DNA of 64,000 nt, taken from the IMG/VR virus record IMGVR_UViG_3300022602_002120, positions 124,802-188,801 of that record, one strand, 5' to 3'. The stretch comes from a virus. Shown here one piece after another: positions 9,465-18,129 of this stretch. Made by a program: the position numbers and the translations under genes. The number at the start of each line of letters is the position of its first letter. Position 1 is the stretch's first letter. The notes below the pieces were generated by a model, which was not told where the DNA came from, searched no databases, and was given only the letters and a program-made list of their open reading frames with translations.

Positions 9465-9767
9465 TTATATTCCAAAACTGGCAGGATCTGCCCAAAAGAA
9501 TCCCAAACACATTGCATACACACTAACTTTAAGTATTAACCAAATAAATTTTAAAATAGCAAAATGGTGGTAAGCATCAAACATTAAGAATGTTGTGACT
9601 ATAAACCAACCAAGAGTATTACCTTCAAGACTATCTCCGCCACTATTTGAGCGACTGGATCTGGAACCATTGAGTCTATCAATTGCTTCGATTTGACGAC
9701 ATGTAGGACAAATCATCGGAGCACCGGGAGGTAAATCACAACGACAATTAATACATCTGTAAACCAT
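9465..9767 (-). CDS. zinc-ribbon membrane protein
   Basis: CxxC...CxxC N-terminus, two TM segments at C-terminus. Confidence 0.65.
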   Translation of the reverse strand: MVYRCINCRCDLPPGAPMICPTCRQIEAIDRLNGSRSSRSNSGGDSLEGNTLGWFIVTTFLMFDAYHHFAILKFIWLILKVSVYAMCLGFFWADPASFGI

Positions 9768-9801
9768 AATTAACTATCTTTCTTAATTTTGTATAACTTG
9801 C

Positions 9802-9830
9802 ATTATACACGAAGTTAACCAAAATGTCAA
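9802..9830 (-). promoter_or_regulatory. sigma70-type early promoter
   Basis: TTGACA-N17-TATAAT. Confidence 0.85.
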
Positions 9831-10849
9831 CTATTTCGTAGATGAAACATAGTAGATTCTTGGGCTGGATATTGTGCCTTTAACCATTCGCTGATACTAG
9901 CAGCATTGTCGCTTAGTTTAACTAAGTCGTATTTGCCACAGAATTTAAGGAAATATGCACCAACATTTGGGTTATTTTTAGCCTGAGCATTAGTTTTAAT
10001 TGTTTCAAAGATTTGATCTTTAATATCTTCTGGCTGCGCACTTAAATCTACTAGTGTGCGGTTACGTTCATAATCATCTAATACACGATGTTCTAGACCA
10101 TTATGGTCAGTCCATCTTTGCAGCATTAAGTTATTCCAGTTATAACCCTTTTTATCTTTGTCACTAAATGCTTCTTCAAGTCCGACCTTATTCTTGGTGC
10201 CCTTAGTGCGAACACCTGGATAAGCACTAAAAATATTATCAGTAGGGTCACCACGCATACACTTTTCAAAAAGGATAAACTTTGGGTCGGGTATTTTCTT
10301 AGGTTCTTTAGTTTTTTTATCGACGACTGCATTACCTTTCTTGTCAAATATGCCTTTAATAGTGTGTAGTTCATCTGCTACACCATTGTATTGTACTACA
10401 TTTTCTGCCAACAATTGGTGGAAGTCTGTATCACTACTGATAATAGTGTGATGATCATTTGGATGTGTTTGAATAAATCCAGCAATTAAATCGTCGGCTT
10501 CTAGATTGGGATGTTGTAGTACAGTACAGTTAGTCTTTTCAGCAATAAAGACTTTAAGGGCATCAAATGCTTCCCAGAATAATTGATCTTCTTCAGCTTC
10601 TTTTTCTGTAAGAGCTGCACGTGCTACGGCACGATTAGCTTTATATGGTGTGTAGTAATCTTTGCGCCAGCTACGACCTTCTAAACAGAATACCACATGA
10701 TCGGCCTTTTGATCACGCCATGATTTATTAATGCTGGCTAAGGTAACATGAATAGCGAAACCTAGTTTATCCCAAGTGTCGCTTTGTCTATGTGCGCTGT
10801 GTCTAGCACGGAAAAATGTGTTTGCTGTATCTACAAGTAAGTATCTCAT
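9827..10849 (-). CDS. rnh: RNase H / 5'-3' exonuclease (T4 Rnh, FEN-like)
   Basis: LVDTAN, WRKDYYTPYKANR, EADD, SSDTDFHQL, GDPTDNI motifs. Confidence 0.88.
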   Translation of the reverse strand: MRYLLVDTANTFFRARHSAHRQSDTWDKLGFAIHVTLASINKSWRDQKADHVVFCLEGRSWRKDYYTPYKANRAVARAALTEKEAEEDQLFWEAFDALKVFIAEKTNCTVLQHPNLEADDLIAGFIQTHPNDHHTIISSDTDFHQLLAENVVQYNGVADELHTIKGIFDKKGNAVVDKKTKEPKKIPDPKFILFEKCMRGDPTDNIFSAYPGVRTKGTKNKVGLEEAFSDKDKKGYNWNNLMLQRWTDHNGLEHRVLDDYERNRTLVDLSAQPEDIKDQIFETIKTNAQAKNNPNVGAYFLKFCGKYDLVKLSDNAASISEWLKAQYPAQESTMFHLRNS

Positions 10850-10855
10850 GTAAAC

Positions 10856-10884
10856 ATTATACTTTCAAATTGATTAAATGTCAA
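10856..10884 (-). promoter_or_regulatory. sigma70-type early promoter
   Basis: TTGACA-N17-TATAAT. Confidence 0.85.
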
Positions 10885-11375
10885 CTGAATTCTGCTTTCC
10901 CGCCGCCTATGTCTCGACGTTGTATTGGTTGATTGCGTTTATCTGGATCTGCTTGCTCTTGAGCGTATGTTTCCATCACTACATGACGGCAAACATCTTG
11001 GAACCAATTATCTACAATATCTTGATCTGTTTTGCCTTGGTATCCTGATTTAATTAACCTTGCTACAAAAATATCATTCCAATCCAATTCAAATGCACCT
11101 GCGCCTGGATTATCTTGATCTAATTCAATGCCAAGGACATTCACCCAAGGCTCGCCTGCTGCTGTGGCTTTTGCTTTTGGGCCTTCTTCCTCTTTAGCTT
11201 TCTTAGCTTCTTCAGCTAGTTTAGCTTCTTTCTTAGCTTTAGCTTCTGCACGTTTAGCAGCCTTGCGTTCTTTTTCAATTGCTTCAGCTTCTGCCGCTAG
11301 TTGTGATTGTCGGCGTGCTTCTGCTGCTAGTTCCTCACGACGTGCTTTACCTGTTAGTTTATCAAATAAACCCAT
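10881..11375 (-). CDS. hypothetical protein with Ala/Glu/Lys-rich helical segment
   Basis: 164 aa ORF, AEK low-complexity N-terminal half. Confidence 0.8.
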   Translation of the reverse strand: MGLFDKLTGKARREELAAEARRQSQLAAEAEAIEKERKAAKRAEAKAKKEAKLAEEAKKAKEEEGPKAKATAAGEPWVNVLGIELDQDNPGAGAFELDWNDIFVARLIKSGYQGKTDQDIVDNWFQDVCRHVVMETYAQEQADPDKRNQPIQRRDIGGGKAEFS

Positions 11376-11378
11376 AAT

Positions 11379-12494
11379 TTAATCCTTAAGTGAATCTACT
11401 AGGTCCAACTGTTCCCAAGGTAAATGATCTTTACCAAAGTGTCCGTAGTTAGTAGTACTACTGTATATTGGACGGAACAGCTCAAATCTATTTATAATGC
11501 CACGCGGTGTTAGGTCAATATTCTTATTGATCCAAGCAGTTAACCACGCATCATCACTGTGGTCATTGGTATTAACGTACACGCTCATTGGCTGTTCTAC
11601 ACCAATAGCATAGCTAATCTGTACAGTTGCCTGCTTGGCATGTCCGCTAGCTACAATGTTCTTAGCAAGGTAGCGAGCCATGTAAGCTGCTGAACGGTCA
11701 ACTTTTGTCGGATCCTTACCACTAAAAGCACCGCCACCGTGAGGGCAACTACCACCGTACGTGTCAACGATAATTTTTCGCCCTGTAAGTCCTGTATCAC
11801 CATCGGGACCACCAATGACAAAACGGCCAGTAGGATTGATAAGAAACTCAGTATCAGCATCAATTAACTCCGCGGGTATTACCCCTTCGATATATTCTTT
11901 AACTACTCTGCGTACATCCTCGATGTCAGGTGTTGCGCTATGTTGTGTACTACATACAATTTTAGCAATACGCTTAATAGTGCCATCATCGTTGTATTCA
12001 ACGGTTACTTGACTTTTAGCATCTGGTCCCAACCAAGACTGTCCACCTTTACGTTGACGTGCTAGTTCTTTGACAATTTCATGACTGTAGTAAATTGCTG
12101 GAGGCATGTAGTTGGGAGTTTCATTGCTAGCATAGCCAAACATCAGGCCTTGATCACCTGCGCCAAAATTGTCAGTACCAAGAGCAATATCAGCACTCTG
12201 GCCATGTAATAGGTTAGTAATTTCAACGGTCCTCCAATCAAATCCGGATTGTTCGTAGCCGATGTTCTTGATAACCTTGCGTACTGTACTTTCGACTTCT
12301 TCTGGGTGTAGGATGACATTTTTGTATTCTCCAGCTAGAATTACACGGTTTGTAGTAACTAAAGTTTCGCAAGCACAGCGTACACTTGCGTCTTCACTAG
12401 ACAGGGCCAAATCTAAAATAGCATCACTGATAGCATCTGCTACCTTATCTGGATGTCCTTCACTAACACTTTCACTTGTAAATAGATAACTCAA
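11379..12494 (-). CDS. metK: S-adenosylmethionine synthetase
   Basis: ESVSEGHPDK, GAGDQG, GLTGRKIIVDTYGG, GGGAFSGKD all intact; likely TTG start at 12494 overlapping upstream TGA. Confidence 0.97.
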   Translation of the reverse strand: MSYLFTSESVSEGHPDKVADAISDAILDLALSSEDASVRCACETLVTTNRVILAGEYKNVILHPEEVESTVRKVIKNIGYEQSGFDWRTVEITNLLHGQSADIALGTDNFGAGDQGLMFGYASNETPNYMPPAIYYSHEIVKELARQRKGGQSWLGPDAKSQVTVEYNDDGTIKRIAKIVCSTQHSATPDIEDVRRVVKEYIEGVIPAELIDADTEFLINPTGRFVIGGPDGDTGLTGRKIIVDTYGGSCPHGGGAFSGKDPTKVDRSAAYMARYLAKNIVASGHAKQATVQISYAIGVEQPMSVYVNTNDHSDDAWLTAWINKNIDLTPRGIINRFELFRPIYSSTTNYGHFGKDHLPWEQLDLVDSLKD

Positions 12495-12667
12495 TTTCTT
12501 CCCCAATTAATTTTTAACCAAATTCTTTCATATATATAATGCCATATCATTAGAAAAAAATGAATGGTTAAAGCCTTGCTTAAACCAATCATTAACGCTG
12601 TTATTATAGTGGCTGTAATTCTATATAATACAACTTTTGCTAATGTTCTAGAATGTGAATCGCTCAT
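12491..12667 (-). CDS. DUF2061-like small membrane protein
   Basis: SHSRTLAKVVLYR...WHYIYERIW pattern. Confidence 0.65.
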   Translation of the reverse strand: MSDSHSRTLAKVVLYRITATIITALMIGLSKALTIHFFLMIWHYIYERIWLKINWGRN

Positions 12668-13530
12668 TTGCCCCAACTATTGCCCCAAAGATCAACATGT
12701 AATCTAGGACTGTAATAATAACCACGACGCATAGCTTCATCAGCTACATTAAATTTATTACCATCATAAACGCTAACAACCCCGCCTACTGGCATAATGT
12801 ATACAACTCCTTCAAATCCTTCACTGCGATATTCTGATACAGCATCTTCAACTTCATCAAAGTCTTCTGGGGTCTCAACTACAAACTTCAAATAAGTCCG
12901 GCCTACCTGTTGATAGCTAGCTACAATTTCTGGCTTAATAGCATCTTCCCACTTCTCGCCGCTCGGACTTAGTTTAGCACTAACACTAAATGTAATTTCA
13001 CGCTGTGTGATACTTGGAATACCTACCCAGTTTTGTAAGTATTCCACAAAGTCTGGATGTAGCTCTTGAGTACCGTTAGTTTCGAATGTGATGTTTTTCA
13101 AATCACGCATTTCAATTGCTTCTAACAGCTCTGGATATACTTTTTGCCAACCCAATAATGGCTCGCCACCTGTGATAACAAGATGTACATCATTGCCATT
13201 GTCTTGAGCCCAGCGACCATTTGGAGTTAGGGCTAACATCCGTTCAACGACCTTAGATGTTTCTTGGGTTGGACTTAAACTTTTAAACTTAGGATGCCAT
13301 GACGCATAGCTGTCACAGCCTGTGTTGACTAAAGGCAAGTCTTCGTATTTGTTATATAACTCAACAGTTTTAGCAACTTCGTCAGCTTCCGTTGAACATT
13401 CACCTCTAGGCATACCAAATGATGAGCAAGTGAAATTACATCCAAAAGTTCTTAGAAATACGCTAGGTACACCAACAAATCTACCCTCGCCTTGAGCACT
13501 ATAAAATATTTCACTTACTTTTAGTTTCAT
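12664..13530 (-). CDS. queE: 7-carboxy-7-deazaguanine synthase (radical SAM)
   Basis: SEIFYSAQGEG, FLRTFGCNFTC, VITGGEP, ETNGT, SAKL, PRLHVDLWG. Confidence 0.9.
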   Translation of the reverse strand: MKLKVSEIFYSAQGEGRFVGVPSVFLRTFGCNFTCSSFGMPRGECSTEADEVAKTVELYNKYEDLPLVNTGCDSYASWHPKFKSLSPTQETSKVVERMLALTPNGRWAQDNGNDVHLVITGGEPLLGWQKVYPELLEAIEMRDLKNITFETNGTQELHPDFVEYLQNWVGIPSITQREITFSVSAKLSPSGEKWEDAIKPEIVASYQQVGRTYLKFVVETPEDFDEVEDAVSEYRSEGFEGVVYIMPVGGVVSVYDGNKFNVADEAMRRGYYYSPRLHVDLWGNSWGK

Positions 13531-13798
13531 ATAAATTTGACCATTTCTTTAATTTTTCAACTTTGTTTAATTTAGCTGTATGTAGATTATTTAGGTTGAT
13601 AACACCTTGCTCAACTAAAATATCTACAAGGGCAAGCATGTCACCAACTTCTAACTCTAAATTGGCTCGCTGTGTTAGTCCTGATTTATGTTGATTGTCT
13701 AATCCAAATCTATAACACTTGCTTACTGCTTGAATAACTTCTGCACACTCTTCTTGAAGAATAACCAATGCTTCACGATTCTTTTCGTTCATTGACAA
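13511..13798 (-). CDS. MazG-like NTP pyrophosphohydrolase
   Basis: EECAE...EVGD acidic all-helical motif. Confidence 0.75.
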   Translation of the reverse strand: MSMNEKNREALVILQEECAEVIQAVSKCYRFGLDNQHKSGLTQRANLELEVGDMLALVDILVEQGVINLNNLHTAKLNKVEKLKKWSNLYETKSK

Positions 13799-13873
13799 TC
13801 CATTCTATATAGGTATTCTGTACGTTCATACGCATCCATATAGTTTAACACGGAACTACTAGTCTTGTCAATC

Positions 13874-14401
13874 TTAACATTCCCAAGGGTAGACAATCCA
13901 AACGTCTCGTTCTGCTTTGTTAATTTCTGTTCCACAATAGTTAACCTTTCTACTAAACTCACTACTCAAATTATCAATACACACCGCAAAGCGCACATTG
14001 TTACCCCAAACAGTTTCCCACCATGGATCAGTTGGAAAACATGAACTTTGCCAATCTTGAATGATCCAATCTAAGGTACTACCTGTATCGTTAATATCAT
14101 CAACGATTAATATATTTTTTTTGTTTTTTGGTAACCATTCACCATCTGGTTGCGGATTATAACCAAACGCATCTTCACTCATCCATAGGTTGCTTTCTGT
14201 ATTGGCATGATCACGTAGTTTAACTTCTAAGGTGTGCATAGGAATGTCTAACATATTACTCATAATAACTGCTGGCACTAGTCCGCCGCGAGTTAGGCCT
14301 ACAATGTAATCAGGACGCCAATTGTCCTTGTACATCTGTAGTGCGATTTTAGTTACCCATTCTTGTATTTGGGCATAACTATAGTATACTTTTTCAGTCA
14401 T
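13874..14401 (-). CDS. type I phosphoribosyltransferase (xanthine/guanine PRT-like)
   Basis: IVGLTRGGLVPA, LIVDDINDTGST PRPP loop, YPWE C-terminus. Confidence 0.88.
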   Translation of the reverse strand: MTEKVYYSYAQIQEWVTKIALQMYKDNWRPDYIVGLTRGGLVPAVIMSNMLDIPMHTLEVKLRDHANTESNLWMSEDAFGYNPQPDGEWLPKNKKNILIVDDINDTGSTLDWIIQDWQSSCFPTDPWWETVWGNNVRFAVCIDNLSSEFSRKVNYCGTEINKAERDVWIVYPWEC

Positions 14402-14729
14402 TGTGTAGTTCCTTTATGTATTCTACTTCTTTCATATTATGACCAACAACCAAGTCAGTCCATCTCATTAGCATCATCAGTGCTACACCAGCATCTTCGC
14501 CTCTAAATCTAATTAGGAATTCTGGATTACCTGCTGACTTGTGACTTGATCGCCCAACACCATAGCGTAGTATTGGAGTTTTAGTAACTCGACCTTTAGC
14601 GTCATAGTATTCACCGTACGATATCAAGCCACCAATTTCCTGCCACCAAGCTAGAAAATCTTCAGGCATATCGTGTACTATGACTGTTATTTCATAGTTA
14701 ATAGTACAGCCTGGCGGCAGTCTGATCAA
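14394..14729 (-). CDS. hypothetical protein
   Basis: 111 aa coupled ORF. Confidence 0.7.
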   Translation of the reverse strand: MIRLPPGCTINYEITVIVHDMPEDFLAWWQEIGGLISYGEYYDAKGRVTKTPILRYGVGRSSHKSAGNPEFLIRFRGEDAGVALMMLMRWTDLVVGHNMKEVEYIKELHND

Positions 14730-15064
14730 CGTAGATATTCCATAGTGACAATCTTACCTAGTGATTCTACTAGATCGTCGTTGTCACTGATTACATAGCG
14801 ACCAATAGCTTCGGTATCACGCTTTTCATCATAGCGATTAGTTTCAACAATCATACCACCGTTAGCACCAAACACTTTAAAACTGATAACACTCTTGTCG
14901 TCATAGTTGTGTTCTACTCTGCGCATACCTTTACTGCTTGGTGCTATACCTGTTCTTCCATTTCGACTAAGTCTTGGACTTTCTTCTAGCATAATACTTT
15001 GATTTTCATCACGACTGCGAGCACGATTGTAACAACGTTGGATCCAACTATCAAACCATTTCAT
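14726..15064 (-). CDS. hypothetical protein
   Basis: ORF from MKWFDSW. Confidence 0.7.
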   Translation of the reverse strand: MKWFDSWIQRCYNRARSRDENQSIMLEESPRLSRNGRTGIAPSSKGMRRVEHNYDDKSVISFKVFGANGGMIVETNRYDEKRDTEAIGRYVISDNDDLVESLGKIVTMEYLR

Positions 15065-15230
15065 CGCCACGGTCCTTTTTCTCGTTTAAGAATTCATCTA
15101 GAGCAATTGCTTCTTGTATTTTAGCCCACTGCTCTGGAGTATAACTGTGACTACCATCGCAATCACCACTACGACTGCGACCACAACCACATGTGCCAAA
15201 ACTACCACTTTCTGTTACTCTTACCTGCAT
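15051..15230 (-). CDS. CDGSH iron-sulfur domain miniprotein (59 aa)
   Basis: Manually translated MQVRVTESGSFGTCGCGRSRSGDCDGSHSYTPEQW...; SD AGGA; absent from ORF track. Confidence 0.8.
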   Translation of the reverse strand: MQVRVTESGSFGTCGCGRSRSGDCDGSHSYTPEQWAKIQEAIALDEFLNEKKDRGDEMV

Positions 15231-15233
15231 GAT

Positions 15234-15572
15234 TTATCCTTTGTATGCTCTAACGCTTCTAATTTTATTACCCACAAACTCAATTATATCTACAACTAAT
15301 AATATTGTAGTTGCACCATCGGTATCATATACTTCAATTGAAATCTCAGCTACTACAGTGTTAGCGTCTTGATGTAATACCAACGGAGTAACTGTGATAG
15401 ATTCTACACTGTCAAATATATGTTTATTTGCACTTAACACAGATGACTTGCCAGAAGCAGACATTTCCCAATCACGTAGACTAACATGATCATCAAACAT
15501 CCCAGCAAGTTTATCTAGGTCTTTGTTTGAAAATGCTGTGAAGTATTCCAAACATAACTGTTTTAAATCCAT
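15234..15572 (-). CDS. SnoaL/NTF2-like protein
   Basis: YFTAFSNKDLD..., DW...GK, IVDIIEF...KI..VRAY pattern. Confidence 0.75.
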   Translation of the reverse strand: MDLKQLCLEYFTAFSNKDLDKLAGMFDDHVSLRDWEMSASGKSSVLSANKHIFDSVESITVTPLVLHQDANTVVAEISIEVYDTDGATTILLVVDIIEFVGNKIRSVRAYKG

Positions 15573-15808
15573 TATTTCTTTTCCTTTATATCTCTAAGTG
15601 TATTAGCGCGATGACGCCAAAATTTAACATCTTCTAACAGACTTTCGCTTAAATTGCGATAACGAACAAGATCTTTACGTACTTCTTCATCTATTTGTTC
15701 GTAGGCCTTTTGGCGATCCTTGGCCTTACGATCATTGTAGATGTTAAGTCCAAAAAATATTCCAAATACCAGTCCTACACCAAACCATACTACGTCAGCG
15801 CCTATCAT
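15572..15808 (-). CDS. membrane-anchored hypothetical protein
   Basis: N-terminal TM helix then coiled segment. Confidence 0.7.
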   Translation of the reverse strand: MIGADVVWFGVGLVFGIFFGLNIYNDRKAKDRQKAYEQIDEEVRKDLVRYRNLSESLLEDVKFWRHRANTLRDIKEKK

Positions 15809-16515
15809 CTTGGAGCAAACTCCTGTTGAAGTTTAATGTTGTCAAAGAATTCTTTCTTAGTATTTGGATCGTCCTTAAACGCACCTGTAAGTACAGTTGT
15901 CTGCGTTAAACTGCTATGTGCCATAATACCACGATTCTCACAACAACCATGGGTGGCTTGTATGTATACTGCTACGTTATCTGATCCAGTCGCCTTAGCA
16001 ATTTCTCTCGTGATATCATTTGCAAGCTCTTCTTGTAAAGTACCACGGCGAGCACACCATTGAGCAATTCTAGTGTATTTAGATAGACCGATAAGTTTGT
16101 TAGCGGCAATAATTCCAATGTAAGCGACTCCTGCGACAGGCTGATGGTGGTGTGAGCACATACTACGTAACTCGCTACGAACCACAAGCATACCTTCGTA
16201 TCTATCCGCGCTATCATTTGGAAAAGCTGTTGCGTCTGGTGCTGGTTCATATCTGCCTGCCATAATTTCATTAAAGTACATTTTAGCCAATCTGCGTGCT
16301 GTGCCGTGACTGTTAGGATCTGTTTCGCGATCAATTAACAGCGTATCTAACACTTGTTCAAAAGCTAGAGTTGCTTCGTCGATTAGGAGTTTTTTACTTT
16401 CTTCTGTGATGTATTCTGAGATGTTATCACCTGCCCAGAAACGTTTGTTGTCTTTCTTTAAGTTAGTACGAATGATTTCGCTAACAGGTTTTATAGGACT
16501 GTAGTTTGTTACCAT
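15805..16515 (-). CDS. folE: GTP cyclohydrolase I
   Basis: TARRLAKMY, SMCSHHH, GLSKYTR, LQEEL, HGC..NRG motifs. Confidence 0.95.
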   Translation of the reverse strand: MVTNYSPIKPVSEIIRTNLKKDNKRFWAGDNISEYITEESKKLLIDEATLAFEQVLDTLLIDRETDPNSHGTARRLAKMYFNEIMAGRYEPAPDATAFPNDSADRYEGMLVVRSELRSMCSHHHQPVAGVAYIGIIAANKLIGLSKYTRIAQWCARRGTLQEELANDITREIAKATGSDNVAVYIQATHGCCENRGIMAHSSLTQTTVLTGAFKDDPNTKKEFFDNIKLQQEFAPR

Positions 16516-16520
16516 TTATT

Positions 16521-16550
16521 ACTCCGATGTTGAGCCAGTGGATTGGCAAT
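16521..16550 (-). promoter_or_regulatory. candidate riboswitch-like pseudoknot in folE 5' UTR
   Basis: GCCA-AUCCAC-UGGC hairpin then UCAACAUCGGAG; loop UCC can pair with GGA of the SD. Confidence 0.4.
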
Positions 16551-16559
16551 TGATAAGTT

Positions 16560-16589
16560 AGTATAACATGATTATTTAGGTCATGTCAA
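16560..16589 (-). repeat. promoter direct repeat copy 1 (folE promoter)
   Basis: TTGACA-N18-TATACT with nested CTAAATA; 16562-16589 matches 21506-21533 at 25/28 nt. Confidence 0.8.
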
Positions 16590-17307
16590 TGGTTTCGTGT
16601 TTTAATTTGCCAAATTGGATAATGTTAAATTGCTCTTTAGAAATATTGTCTTTTATGGTATTATTTAAAGTAATCCCTAGTCTAGGCGCCATATACTGTT
16701 CAACAAAATCCCACTGGGTCAACGGTAAAGGATGTGTATCATTTTCACAATAAATGTGTTTTACTCCTATTCGTTGTTTTTTATTATCCATAAATTCGTC
16801 CATCGAATCTTCTAATCTATAATCATTGGATATAGAATATTTGTTATATATTTTAGATATCTCAGGATCAACAGTTGCTTCGCATTCGCCTAGTAAAAAT
16901 GGAAATGCTGCAAAGTTGTAAATTTGATAGTTATTAACCCTGCTATGTTGATCTAATAATAAGGAATAGTCCATAGTAGTCTGGAATCGTTCTACTCTAT
17001 GATAATGATTAACAAAAAATTGTTTATTTGCGTACGGTATGGCACCAGTATGAACCCAATGGTTATTGGGTACACCGTGCATAAACCATTCCTTGTCCTG
17101 ATAAAAAGACCAACGATCAAAACTAGTCCATAACATTACTACTACATCATTTGGCTCTACAATGTCAATAATTCTACGGACATTAGACGCATTATCGGAA
17201 CCGCCTAAGCCAACATTAATGTACGATGGGAAGTGATATCCTAAAATGTCGGCCCAAGTAGTCCAACAATGTCTGGTAAAACTGCATCCTGCTGTGATTA
17301 ATTTCAT
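16576..17307 (-). CDS. SGNH-like hypothetical protein
   Basis: GCSFT start, G.GG..N block, D.HP near C-terminus; paralog of next gene. Confidence 0.6.
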   Translation of the reverse strand: MKLITAGCSFTRHCWTTWADILGYHFPSYINVGLGGSDNASNVRRIIDIVEPNDVVVMLWTSFDRWSFYQDKEWFMHGVPNNHWVHTGAIPYANKQFFVNHYHRVERFQTTMDYSLLLDQHSRVNNYQIYNFAAFPFLLGECEATVDPEISKIYNKYSISNDYRLEDSMDEFMDNKKQRIGVKHIYCENDTHPLPLTQWDFVEQYMAPRLGITLNNTIKDNISKEQFNIIQFGKLKHETIDMT

Positions 17308-17316
17308 TTAATTACC

Positions 17317-18129
17317 CTAACACATTTTTTTATGCCATTTATTGTATCGAAATTCCGGAGTCCAACCGTCGTCTAAGATACAATATGGTTGTTTTGCAAA
17401 TATACGACTGTCCCAATGGGTTGCCCAGTCTTTTGCATCTTCGCTGATTTGTAAAGTTTGTTTTAAGCCGGGCAAGATGATGTCAGTAGCATATTTTAAG
17501 TGTTGACTTGGCGAAGGATGATGATCTATCATGCCAGGATGCTTATCATCCTTAAGCTTCATGTGTATGGGTTTAGGATTTTTATATTGATCTATACCAT
17601 AGAGGTATTCGGTCATGCTTGTAGGATAAATTTTTTCGTAGTATTTACTATAAACACCGAAGATATCACGATAACTTTCATCTGCAAATATTACATTATA
17701 TTGATCTAATCGATCCATTGGAACCATTGACGTAAACAAATATTCACAGCCGGTGGTATCTAATAGATGACTAGCCCCGGCTATTACACTAGAGGTTTTT
17801 AATAATGCGCCACGAAGATCAAACCATTTTCTAACCCAATCTTGCGGGTATATGGTTTGAGTAGACATATTGCCAGCACTGCGCCATTTGCCTTCTAAGT
17901 AACGATCTTCCCTAGAAAAGTTAGTCCAGCAAATAATTACTAAATCATCTTTGTTAATATTATACCTAGCATGCGCTTCAGTTAATCGATGAAACATAAA
18001 TTCATTTCCAGCACCGCACATGGCTAGATTATAAAAATTGTCGCCGAACTCTTGTCCAATTATATCGGCCCATGTAGGCCAATAGTAACTAGTAAAACTG
18101 CAGCCAAAGGCAAAAAATCTTCTATACAT
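17317..18129 (-). CDS. SGNH-like hypothetical protein
   Basis: FGCSFT, GAGN, WTNFSRED, DHHP; start reassigned to MYRRFF. Confidence 0.6.
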   Translation of the reverse strand: MYRRFFAFGCSFTSYYWPTWADIIGQEFGDNFYNLAMCGAGNEFMFHRLTEAHARYNINKDDLVIICWTNFSREDRYLEGKWRSAGNMSTQTIYPQDWVRKWFDLRGALLKTSSVIAGASHLLDTTGCEYLFTSMVPMDRLDQYNVIFADESYRDIFGVYSKYYEKIYPTSMTEYLYGIDQYKNPKPIHMKLKDDKHPGMIDHHPSPSQHLKYATDIILPGLKQTLQISEDAKDWATHWDSRIFAKQPYCILDDGWTPEFRYNKWHKKMC

